Below, piece by piece: positions 36,453 through 48,098 of a DNA stretch of 64,000 bases. The DNA is from Macrostomum lignano (lineage: Eukaryota), in NCBI GenBank assembly GCA_002269645.1, contig NIVC01001664.1:105473-169472 (forward strand). Direction: 5' to 3'. Under the pieces are notes generated by a model. It did not search any database, had not been told where the DNA came from, and was given only the letters and a program-made list of their open reading frames with translations. Made by a program: the position numbers and the translations under genes. How positions within the stretch are numbered: the first letter of the stretch is position 1; the number at the start of each line of letters is the position of its first letter.

Positions 36453-39400
36453 TCACCTATGCACCGGGCCCTGCTGGCCGCTCATCTGACCCATCGAGTA
36501 GCCGTAGGTTGGCATAGTGGGATACATGGACGGCTGACCGATGCCCATGACAGGGTTCTGGCCTGGATAGAACAGACCCGGTTGTTGCACCGACATGAGC
36601 GGATGGGTCACCGGTTGCATCCGTGGCGCCGGCCTGCGACGTAGCGGCATCTCCTGCGGAGCTCCGGGCATGGAGATGAGCATCGAGTCGAGCTTGCAGC
36701 CGCACTGCCCGACAGTCAAGCTGGAGTCGCCGCGGCAAAACGCTTCCTCGAGCTTGTCGTTGAGGCCGGGCTCTGGAAGAATCTCAACGGAGCTCCAGGC
36801 GCCGTGGCTGCCAAGGAAGAACCAGCGCCAGTTGGTGGCCAGGGGCCGGTGGAGGCTGGCGCGGCTCTCCGTGCGGAGGCAGCGGAGGCCGCCGGGAGGC
36901 TTCAGGTGTCCCGAGACCGACCGAATCTCGAATCTATCGGCCGAACCGGCAACGAACGACAGCGTCAGCTGACCGGGGAACTCGGAGCCGAGCTCGCCGC
37001 TGCCGACCGTCACCAAGTCGGAGCGGTCGGGCTGGCAGAAGGCCGCCTCCAGCTGCTCGTTCAGCGCGGCGTCCACGTCCTGCCAGCGGCCCGGCGGCCA
37101 GTGGGCGGCCCGCCACTGCCACAGATAAGGGACCTTGTGAGGGCAGTGCCGCCGAGGACAATTCTGGGAGAAGCATTCGTGCCGGAGGAACTCCTCGCAC
37201 AGGGTTTCCTCGCTAGGAGCGGCACGAGACGCCTTTGGATTGGCGGCGGCTGAGGCAACGGGCAGCTTTTGCTGCGCTTTTGGGCTGCTGCCGAGTTTCA
37301 ACTTTGCAATGTTTGGCACACTGCCTGCGGACAGCTTGTTTTGGCGCTTGCTTTGCAAGTCAGCCTTCTGCTGCTGCTGTTGCTGTTGTTGTTTTTTTAG
37401 CCCAGCAGTGTCGGGTTCACTGGATAAATCGGAAGCAACAGAATGAGTCTTCTGCTTTTTCTTTTTCTGATGCTGCTGCTCCTGCGGTTGCGGCTTTAAG
37501 CCGACGCCTTGAGCGGCATTAATATTTAATAGGCTAGGCACTTCTGGCTTGGCCTTTTTGCCCTTGGCCTGCTCGGAAGAGGCCAAATCCTTTGGTTTCG
37601 ATAAATCTTGCTGAGAGGCCGCGGCTGGAGGCTCGGGTTTTTCGTTTGGGTTGGTGTTGGGCAGCGGGGCGGGAATCAGGAAAGACCTGAGCACGTGACC
37701 AGGCTCCATCTCGTCCATGTCGAAGGGGTTCAGCTTCATCTTTGTCTGCTCATCCATGCTCAGCACGTGCTGCCTGCGGCAGCGGCACTTGCCGCACTGC
37801 TTGAACTTGACGTTGTTGCACAGGTGAATGTCGGCACAGTCAGCTTGTTGACAGCCGGATTCTGAGTTGTAGGCTGAGCACACCTTCGGGTGGCTGGCCA
37901 GCAGCAGGTTGAGCACCTCCCGCTGTTTCAGGCCGTCTGCGATGCCCAAAGCGCTGCGAATTCGGTGGTTGCGGCCGCTGAGGTCGTGGCAGAGCCTGCA
38001 GTCCGCCTGAGGAATGCGGATGGGGCATTGGGGCATTATTTAATGAGGGACTTTGAGCTGTGGGATTCTGAGCAGTGGGGCTGTGAGCTGTGGGATTTTG
38101 AGCTGTGGGATTCTGAGCTGTGGGATTCTGAGCAGTGGGGCTGTGAGCTGTGGGATTTTGAGCTGTGGGATTCTGAGCTGTGGGATTCTGAGCAGTGGGG
38201 CTGTGAGCTGTGGGATTTTGAGCTGTGGGATTCTGAGCTGTGGGATTCTGAGCAGTGGGGCTGTGAGCTGTGGGATTTTGAGCTGTGGGATTCTGAGCTG
38301 TGGGATTCTGAGCAGTAGGGCTGTGAGCTGTGGGATTCTGAGCAGTGGGATTCTGAGCTGTGGGATTCTGAGCAGTGGGGCTGTGAGCTGTGGGATTCTG
38401 AGCAGTGGGGCTGTGAGCTGTGGGATTCTGAGCAGTGGGGCTGTGAGCTGTGGGATTCTGAGCAGTGGGGCTGTGAGCTGTGGGATTCTGAGCAGTGGGG
38501 CTGTGAGCTGTGGGATTCTGAGCAGTGGGGCTGTGAGCTGTGGGATTCTGAGCTATGGGATTCTGAGCTATGGGATTCTGAGCTGTGGGATTCTGAGCTG
38601 AGTAATTAACTTCATGTTGCAGACTCAGTTGCGGGATGAGACTGATTGCAGGAAGGGGATATTGATCAAATCAAATTGCACAATTCAAACGCATCTCCCC
38701 ACCTTATCATGCACTTTGCCGTCGGGGTCGGCCAGAAACCACAGGCACAGGTGCAGCTGGCAGCAGTCCGCATTCTGGCAGGACTTCGGTGCCCCGTTGT
38801 GCATCGGGCAGATGCGGAAGCGGCGAAACACATTCACGCTGACCGGCTGTCCGCTCACAGCATCCTTGTAGATGTCAATCATGCTCTGCAGCGGCTTCAT
38901 CAACTCGTCGATGCTGTCCCGCCACTGCTCCAGCGGGAAGCCGCTCGGCAGTTTCAGGTCGGCCAGCAGCTCCGACGGTGCGGCTCGGCCGCTGCGGCGA
39001 ATCAGCGCGGCGTAGGCGGAGCGAAGGCCGAGGCCGAGGGCCGACACGTCGGGCAGCGGGGGCGGCAGGCTCGGGGTGGCTTTTTTAGCAGTTGGTTTCT
39101 CCTCAGCTGTAGCAGCCTTCTGTTTGGATTTTGTGGCCTCTTTAGCCTTGGCCTTATCGAATTTAGCTGGCTTAGTATTGTCCGGCGGATCGACCTTAGC
39201 GCGTCTCGGTAGCGCAGCCGGCACCAGATAGGAGCGAAACACAAGACTGAGCTTCTCGTCAGCCAGCCCGTAGGCCTGCAGCTTTGCCACGCTGTCCTGC
39301 TCCAGTTTGTGCTGCCTAAGACAGGCGCAAGTGATCTGTGTCTGCTTTTTATTAGCCTTGTCAATGCTAGCCTGCAGGCCGGAGCGTAGAGCGTTGTTGC

Positions 39401-42400
39401 ACACGTGGATGTAGGGACAGTTGGGTCGGCTGCAGCCCGGCTCAGTGTTGTAGTCTAAGCAGACATTCGGATGACATGCACGTAGCAGACTAATAATATC
39501 GGCCTGTTTGTATTTCACACCAATGCCCAGCGCCTGTCGAATCCGATGGTTCCGACCGAATAGGTCGTGACACAGCTGGCATTTTGCCTAATAGGAGATG
39601 AATTATATTTTGCTAGTGGTTAAAAAGAAAATTTTCGCAGCCCATTTGGGCCTACACATATTATTGAATTTAATCCGAGATACGTTTGCCAAAGTGAGCT
39701 TTTGTCTATGGTAGCAAATGGGTGGCACAGCAGCATTTAATTTGGTCCAACAACAAGCATCAATTTGGTCCGTAGCAACTGTTTCGGAGGAGCAAGATCA
39801 GCCCCAGAATTGTGGACCATATGCTAGGCTGTCTCGAACTCGAACGAATGCCATTGGCTTCTGATTGAACACCCAAATGACATTACAAGGTTGCTTAATG
39901 TAAAAGAAAAGATGGTTTACAGCATTAATCAGCGCGTTAAAACCACTGCCGGCAGAGCTCGCCTGCAAAAGGATAGCAATCGCCAAGGCAAGTTGCTCAA
40001 GAGCCTCAAGTCCAACTGCTACTCGATGCAGTTGAGTCGAACCCTTGTTGACGTTGCCGAAATGCAACAGAAGTTGAAGGAACAGTTCCAGTTGGTTATC
40101 AGATCTCGACTATGAGCAGAGATCTGGAAGAGCGACTGAAAATTGTCGGTAGAGACGCTGACATTCCAGCGGTACGCAACAGCCCACAGATGGTTGCGAG
40201 AATTCAAGAGCTTGGCCGACTGGCTCACGAGCGTTTGGACAAAATTGATGCTTGTTAGACCAAATTGAATGCCACTGTACCAGCCTTGCTACCATAGACA
40301 AAAGCTCCATTATATTGGCAAACGTATTGGATTAAATTCAATGAGCGTAAGCCCAAATGGGCTGCAAAAAGCTATAGCCGTCGCTATTTTTATTATTCAA
40401 AACATTTCTTACAGTTTTGTCCTCAGTTCTGACTCAGCTGTTTTCCACCAACGGGTGCTTTGCTGACCCCTGAGCCAGCGTCTGTTTAATAATATGCGCT
40501 ACGGCCCCGGTGGGAAATAATTGTCCCAGCAAAGTCTGCAATTCTGCCAACTAAGCACTACTATTCCAATTGGCACAGTTATGCTAATCAGCATATTACT
40601 GTGCCAAACGGAACAAATTGCACAGTTGTGGAAAAGTTAAAACTGCGAATTTTTGTTACGAATCAAGAATTTTTTTTTATTTTTTCCCTTTTTCGTGTGC
40701 CATTTGACACCGTTAAGGGACAATTATTTCCCGACGGGATACGTTGATATTTTAAAAAAATGGGCTCCTAGATTTATGAAGGAACCCTCTTCTAGACTCG
40801 TTAGTTGTTGACTAGTCACGTCGCAAAACAGTCTTCATGCTGTTTCCACTTCATTATTTGGATGAGACTGATTGCAGGAAGGGGATATTGATCAAATCAA
40901 ATTGCACAATTCAAACGCATCTCCCCACCTTATCATGCACTTTTCCGTCGGGGTCGGCCAGAAACCACAGGCACAGGTGCAGCTGGCAGCAGTCCGCATT
41001 CTGGCAGGACTTCGGTGCCCCGTTGTGCATCGGGCAGATGCGGAAGCGGCGAAACACATTCACGCTGACCGGCTGTCTGCTCACAGCATCCTTGTAGATG
41101 TCAATCATGCTCTGCAGCGGCTTCATCAACTCGTCGATGCTGTCCCGCCACTGCTCCAGCGGGAAGTCGCTCGGCAGTTTCAGGTCGGCCAGCAGCTCCG
41201 ACGGTGCGGCTCGGCCGCTGCGGCGAATCAGCGCGGCGTAGGCGGTGCGAAGGCCGAGGCCGAGGGCCGACACGTCGGGCAGCGGGGGCGGCAGGCTCGG
41301 GGCGGGCTCAGGTGCGGGCGCAGGGGCGGGCGCAGGGGCGGGTCCGGGGACACCGGCCATGGTAGGCAGGGAGTTTCGCAGCGCAGCGGGTACCAGGAAG
41401 GATCTGGCGAGGAAGTTCAGGTTGCTGTCGTCCAGGCCGAACCTGGCCAGCTTGGCCGCCGTCTCCGGGTCCTTGGCGGCGGGCTCCAGGACGTGCCGCC
41501 TGTGACACGGGCACAGCTGCTTAGCCAGCTTGTTTTCCCTGTGCAGCGCGTTGTTGCAAATGTGAATGTCGGGGCAGCGGGCATCGGAACACCCGCTGTC
41601 TGTGTTGTACTTGGCGCACACTGCCGGGTGGCTCGCACGCAGCAGCTCGAGGACCTTCTGGCTGCCGACTGCGCCGAGGCCAATGCGGGCAAGCAGCTGC
41701 GGGCGGGTGAATGATTAGATGATGGCTGTGATGACGAGTACAACTGGAGCTGCAGGTGACTGATTGGATGATGGCTGTGATGACGAGTACAGCTGGAGCT
41801 GCAGGTGACTGATTGGATGATGGCTGTAATGACGAGTACAGCTGAAGCTGCAGGTGACTGATTGGATGATGGCTGTGATGACAAGTACAGCTGGAGCTGC
41901 AGGTGACTGATTGGATGATGGCTGTGATGACGAGTACAGCTGGAGCTGCAGGTGACTGATTGGATGATGGCTGTAATGACAAGCAGGTGAATGATTGGAT
42001 GGCTGTGATGACAAGCAGGTGAATGATTGGATGGCTGTGATGATGAGCACAGCTGGAGCTGCAGGTGATAGTGGGAAATCGCGATGACAGCACAAAACAG
42101 CAGTTTTTGACAGCATGAAACAGCACAAAACAGCTATTACTGACAGCACAAAACAGCAATTACTGACAGCACAAAACAGCATTATTTACAGCCTAAAACA
42201 GCAATCAGCAATCACTAAAAGCATAAGACAGCAATTGCTCATAGCACATAATAGAATATACTGAGTCACTGACAGCATAAAACAGCATAAAATAGCATTA
42301 CTGACAGCATAAAACAGCACAAAACAGCAATTACTGACAGCATGAAGCAGCACAAAACAGCAATTACTGACAGCATGAAGCAGCACAAAACATCAATTAC

Positions 42401-43767
42401 TGACAGCACAAAACAGCAATTACTGACAGCACAAAACAGCAATTACTGACATCTCAAAATGGCAATTACTGACAGCATGAAGCAGCACAAAACATCAGTT
42501 ACCGACAGCACAAAACATCAGTTACTGACAGCACAAAACATCAGTTACCGACAGCACAAAACATCAATTACTGACAGCACAAAACATCAATTACTGACAG
42601 CACAAAACATCAGTTACTGACAGCACAAAACATCAGTTACTGACAGCACAAAACAGCAATAACTGACAGCTCAAAACATCAGTTACTGACAGCACAAAAC
42701 ATCAGTTACCGACAGCACAAAACATCTATTACTGACAGCACAAAACATCAATTACTGACAGCACAAAACAGCAATAACTGACAGCACAAAACAGCAATTA
42801 CTGACAGCACAAAGCAGCAATAACTGACAGCACAAAACAGCAATAACTGACAGCACAAAACAGCAATTACTGACATCACAAAACGGCAATTACTGACAGC
42901 ACAAAACAGAAATTACTGACAGCACAAACAAAACAGCAATTACTGACAGCACAAAACAGCATCTACTGACAGCATGAAGCAGCACAAAACATCAGTTACC
43001 GACAGCACAAAACATCAATTACTGACAGCACCAAACAGCAATTACTGACAGCACAAAACAGCATCTACTGACAGCATGAAGCAGCACAAAACATCAGTTA
43101 CCGACAGCACAAAACATCAATTACTGACAGCACAAAACAGCAATTACTGACAGCATGAAGCAGCACAAAACAGCAATTACTGACAGCACAAAACCGCAAT
43201 TACTGACAGCACAAAACAGCAATTACTGACAGCACAAAACCGCAATTACTGACAGCACAAAACAGCAATTACTGACAGCACAAAACAGCAATTACTGACA
43301 GCATGAAGCAGCACAAAACATCAGTTACTGACAGCACAAAACAGCAGTTTACAGACCTCCTTATTGCGCGCATCTCCCAGTCCGTGAACCAGACCGCACT
43401 GTCCATTGTGCACCCTTCCATCTGGGTCGCCCAGCCACCACAGACAGAAGTGCAGCCGCTTGCACTTCGGATTCGTGCAGCTGTCCTTGGCGCCATTGTA
43501 GAACTGGCAAATTCGAACACAAGGATAAGCATTGAGCCGCCCCTCACACAGAATGAGCTTCCCGCCTGGCTGATCTGACAGCCACTGATCCAGTGGGAAA
43601 TTTGATGCCAATGCGAATCTCTTCAGGAATTCTGGCACCGTGGCGCTGCCGCCTGCAGTCAGCAGGAAGTTCAAAACATTGTCCAGCGTCAGCAATGGCG
43701 CTGACTGAATGTGCCGAAACACATGGTCAAAGTTCAGAGCGTCCTTGTATGGCTCCTGCTTCTCCAT
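36453..43767 (-). CDS. ZAP (ZC3HAV1)/PARP12-like CCCH zinc-finger + WWE protein with triplicated N-terminal module and no PARP domain (~1205 aa)
   Basis: Exons 43767-43357, 41696-40929, 39587-38703 and 38006-36453, all phase 0 GT-AG. Three copies of [helical domain + 4 fingers], e.g. [43 protein letters not shown]. These are followed by a Q/K-rich linker, a further finger [18 protein letters not shown] and two WWE-like units ([25 protein letters not shown]; [22 protein letters not shown]), then a stop. Confidence 0.8.
38045..38600. repeat. Intronic minisatellite (15/24-bp subunits)
   Basis: Tandem gagctgtgggattct / gagcagtggggctgt. Confidence 0.95.
40506..40739. mobile_element. MITE-like element with ~22-bp TIRs in a ZAP-like intron
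   Basis: cccggtgggaaataattgtccc versus gggacaattatttcccgacggg. Confidence 0.5.
41715..42065. repeat. Intronic minisatellite, ~54-bp unit
   Basis: Tandem gattggatgatggctgtgatgacgagtacagctggagctgcaggtgact. Confidence 0.9.
42085..43350. repeat. Intronic minisatellite, 23-bp unit
   Basis: Tandem actgacagcacaaaacagcaatt with variants. Confidence 0.95.
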
Positions 43768-44064
43768 CAGTTAAGAAATATGGTTAGAAATTATACAGAT
43801 ATTTGTGTACAAAAATATGGTATAGAAATGTAGAACTAAGGAGTCACCAAATTCTTTAGAAAATCCATTAGACAAATTATGGAATTATATTATAATTTAT
43901 AATAATGCTAAAAAAAGAAATAGGTTTATTAAGCCCTATTGTATAGAATATAGATATTCCAAACCTATGAACCATTTCCATAAAATCTGAAGATTTGCAA
44001 GAACATTTGAAATTTTTTTAGACTCTATGGATAGTGAGCACCTAACTTTTTATTGGCAATGACC

Positions 44065-44670
44065 TCATGCAAAGCCATTTGGCACAAAATGTTTCCAAAA
44101 AGTCCCATTAATGATTTTTAAGACATACTTTATGCCTAAAATAGGATTACAAGATAGAGATAGAGATGAGAAATGAGAGAAGAGATAAGAAAGTAGAGAA
44201 CAGAAAGTATAGGGGCCTAGACAAAGGAAAAAAGAATAGAGATAAGAGCACAAAGAGGAGAGAGGAGAGATAAGAGATAAGAGAAGAAGAAAGAGAGAAG
44301 CAAGAAAAGGGAAGAAAAAAGAGGAAAAAGAGAAGCAAGATGAAAAAGGAAAAAAGAAAGAAGAGAAAAGAAAGATAATAGATAAGAGAGTAAAGATGAG
44401 ATAAGAGATAAGAGCAAAGAGGAAAGGTAAGTTTAGAAATGAAAAAAGAGAGAGGAAAGAGGAGACAAGAAAGAGTCAATCTAGATGATAGCAAATGGTC
44501 AATTTTTTCAAATAGAAAAAACAAGATATGGTATTTGAGAGTTTTTAAGCTGGGTCTATAGACAAGTTGGAGAGGATTTGGAAAATGGGATTTAGGTCAT
44601 GGGATTTTAGGGAATAGACTTTTAGCAATGTGAGTTTTTTCTCCTTCAATTGAAGAGTTGGCTTCATGTA
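44065..44670 (+). mobile_element. Diverged partial copy of the 4.4-10.1 kb Helitron-like family, opposite orientation
   Basis: The reverse complement shares ccatatcttgtttt, ccatgac..aatcccat..ttccaaatc.tctccaa and the purine/pyrimidine tract. It ends in the hairpin cttcaattgaag followed by agttggcttc. Confidence 0.5.
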
Positions 44671-44989
44671 TATATATGTAATAAACCTGGCCAATCCACT
44701 CAGCTTTAGATCTCCTCTTGTTAGATTTTTAATATTAGGGTTTAGTTTACCAATTGTGCATAAAACATAAAGATAGGCCTAAATCTAGAAAATTTTTGAA
44801 AGGGGCAAGCTATATTAAACAATTACAACCCTATGTTGGAAAATAGACCTTGCAAAGTTATAGATCATAAAATTATGGCTCAATTTTTTTGGCGATGGCT
44901 AGACCTAAGGAGTGGGGGGAATGGCCCCTTTAGCCTCCCTAATATCTACCCTAGCCCTAGCTATATATATGATTATAATATGCAATATT

Positions 44990-45393
44990 GGCAATGTCCT
45001 AGTTTCCCGCGTTTAATTATTTTGACCCGAAATTTAAAATGAACAAACAAAAGCAAGTTTATTAAAAGTTTAAAATGAGTCTTAGGTCTTAAAATGAGTA
45101 TTACACAGTGTAGTAATGTGTCAGCCAGTACAGAAAGCTCCTGACGGTGGCTGCAGTTCCATGAGTATGCTATTAGATGATAGGCTGCCAGCCAATGCAT
45201 AGTCGACTCAGCATCAACTGTCAACAGTACCAAATTGCAGTGACTGATCTCAATGTCACAGAGGTCAGTTGATGGCTGCAAATTAGCAGGAGGTATGATA
45301 TTTGCAGCTCTCGAAGTCATCCAGCCATGATTTGTGCTGAAACTGACAAAAATTGGGTCAAAATAATTTAACGCAGGAAACTAGGACATTGCC
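44990..45393. mobile_element. MITE with 39-bp TIRs and 8-bp TSD (Merlin- or hAT-type)
   Basis: TIR ggcaatgtcctagtttcccgcgtttaattattttgaccc with 2 mismatches. Identical gcaatatt flanks at 44982-44989 and 45394-45401. GG-starting TIRs fit Merlin. Confidence 0.75.
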
Positions 45394-45936
45394 GCAATAT
45401 TTCCTTGTAGTAGGCCTATAACATATATTCTTTCCCTGGCCTATAAAATAAAATTATTGATTTACTAGGCACTATTATGATGCAATCATAAATCAAATTA
45501 AATTAGATCAAATCAATTGTGTCATTTTGTGAGACCTACAGTGACCTTGTACTAAACCTTTGCAAACTTTCTAAAGTTTCTGACCATGTGTAGGGCCCTA
45601 AACATTTCATTCTAGAGATTTCCCTGATAAATATATCCCAAGGGCTACGCAACATTTCGGCAAAGTAATTTTTCGGTGAAGTAATGGGTCACTGGTCAGA
45701 TCGTATTCCATTTCGTCATATCGGATGATGAAGTGACCAGAAGCAAAGTAGCTTGAAAAATAATATGACGAAGTGACCAAATATTTAGTTATGCAGGATA
45801 CCTCTTCATCAACCAATTAATCTGTGTGAGATTCGAGTTAGTAAACAATTTTTTGTTTTTATTAACTATTAAGCTGCGGCAAGCAGAACCGATCGATCCA
45901 CATGTTTTATCAATCCAGATGACAAAATGACTGGGA

Positions 45937-46192
45937 TGTGGCGGCCAGACTACGCGACCGGCAGCACCAGTGCAGCCGCACTGGAAACCCCCCCCGCCAA
46001 CCTCTGTCTAGCTGAGGTGGGGTGGTGGCGCACCGCGCTAGCTAGCCGGCTCGCTAAGCCAGGGGGGTTGGCGTAGCCAATCACACCACGCCACATGTGC
46101 GCACCTCCCTTGGCCCCTCAATAATCTCACGCTGTTTTCACTAATATAAATATACGCGCTGGTGCTGCCGGTCGCGTAGTCTGGCCGCCACA
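45937..46192. mobile_element. MITE with 34-bp TIRs, TGT...ACA ends and 4-bp TSD (Ginger-like)
   Basis: tgtggcggccagactacgcgaccggcagcaccag is perfectly mirrored, with ggga on both flanks (45933-45936, 46193-46196). Confidence 0.75.
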
Positions 46193-47908
46193 GGGATCAT
46201 TAGGATTTCCAAGTAAATATGTTTGATTCCCACGTTAATTCACTTGAAGTTGGAACTAATATGATTGGTGGAAGACAAAAATGACTTTTTTCAGGTAGTG
46301 CATGCTATTTAAGATGACGAAGTGACCAAAGTCGAGGTGAGCACCGGCCAGACACCCAGATGACGAAATGGCAGATGACAAAATGACTAGGAACCAAGTA
46401 ATGTTTCGGCAAAGTATTGCATTGTTTAGCAATTTGACGATCATTATTCGCAAATTTTTTGCAGAACAATCATTACTACAAACAATGCATTGCCTGTAGG
46501 ATCGTCAAACAGATCGAAAAACAATGCAAACAATGCAAACAATGCAAAGAAATTTATCCAATGTTTCGGCGAATTCATTTTTGAGGACTCTTAATTTTAA
46601 TGACACAATGCGGGGCGCCACATATTATAATTAATTTTTAAACTTGCAATACAATAAGAGAATTTTCTACTACCTGGTGGTAATTAAGACTACTTTGTTA
46701 GTTAATTTTACTGCTTTGTTACTTTTAATATTACCTTTTTTATTTGTAAGATAAAGCTGTTTCCTATTTGATATTTTAAATCTATTTGTTTCTTATTTGC
46801 TACTTTTGAGATGGGGCAGTTTTCAAAATAGATGGGCGATGGCCGATGGCTATGTGCCAACCAGATCTAGGTTGCCACCCGTGTGCTACGGTTATTAACC
46901 AGACCCTTTGTACCAATCTTCGGTCAGTGAGGGGTAAAAAATATTCCGCATCCTGTTGGAATGTATTTACTCCCCCTATTTACTTGCGATGCCTTAGCAA
47001 CTTTCCCAGCCAACAACGTTGTTAATGCATGTTGTACGACAGCAGAAATGCGCTGCGATCTGCACTCAAACTGCTTACAGTAAGCACATATCATCTAGTA
47101 TGCTTCTTGACTGTCATATTATAAAATAAGAAGCTACTTAATTGTAGCAGAGACATGTCCACAGTTAAGAACTTAGGGGCTGGTTAGGGTTTTCGGATCT
47201 TACTTTGGATCCACCAAGGATCCAGTCACTTAACTGACAATAGTCAGTACAGCTAAACTATTAGCGTCTTCTATAGTGCTGTTTTTTTATAATTATAATC
47301 TGATCTATTTTAAACATTATTTCATGATGAGCTCTTTCATGATTGATCACTATTACTATCACGTAGTTCAAGCTTGAATGGGCTCCCGAGCTTGCGCGCC
47401 AGAAAACAGCCCGACAACCGAAACTGGTGCAACCACCAATGGAGCTTCAGGCAATGCCTGTCCTGCAGTTGCATGAGATGCAGCCCTTGGCAGTGGGCCC
47501 ACCAAGCCCTTATCAGTCAGCTGCAGTGGCCCTGCCAAGTCTTTATCAGCCAGCTGCAGTGGCTCCGCCAAGAGTGCAGCAGTCAGCGTCTGTGGCCCCG
47601 CTGAAAATTCTGCAGCCAGAAATGCAGCCATGGCCACGAGCAATCCAGCAACCGATACTTCCGAAGAACACGGTTGTCTATAGTTGTCACCAGTTTGAGA
47701 GCTTCTGGCGAACTGGCACAAATGATTCACTGTTGTTGAAAAATGATTTGACTTAATTATTAGTGCTCTACTAAAATTATTGCACCACTTTCCAATATGG
47801 TATCATCAAATAAAAAGTGTTTTACACCTTTTCTTTCTCAGATTTAGATACTATTATTGTGATAATATTATTACTATTATTCAAGGAAAGCAGTCCTTTA
47901 ATGCACAG

Positions 47909-48098
47909 CCAGTGCACATGCTTGGGCGCAACCTAGGGATTCAACCTAGGGAGCCGTTTCTATTGGCAACACACACGTAAGTCGCTATTGGACGGAATAG
48001 TAGTCACGTGACTGCTCTCAACCAATAGCGACTTACATGTGTGTGTTGCCAAAAGAAACGGCCCGGGTGAATCCCAAGGTTGCGCATGTTGATACTGG
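47909..48098. repeat. Near-palindromic fold-back element centred on gtcacgtgac
   Basis: Arm ccgtttctattggcaacacacacgtaagtcgctattgg versus ccaatagcgacttacatgtgtgtgttgccaaaagaaacgg, with outer arms partly matching. Confidence 0.7.

Noticed and set aside
35604-38601. Repetitive ORFs (MAELSRLMGG)n, (SCGILS)n and antisense ORFs over the ZAP-like exon
   Set aside because: Minisatellite translations or shadows of the GC-rich minus-strand CDS.
39700-40260. Possible decayed hAT transposase fragment in a ZAP-like intron
   Set aside because: Only a vague resemblance, with no diagnostic motif (e.g. TRWNS) preserved.
44147-44524. Hydrophobic Leu/Phe/Ser-rich ORFs
   Set aside because: Translation of the purine/pyrimidine tract of the diverged Helitron-like copy.
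47368-47756. Overlapping 109-120 aa ORFs with imperfect ~33-bp repeats
   Set aside because: Low complexity, open on both strands, and no motif or splice evidence to choose a frame.
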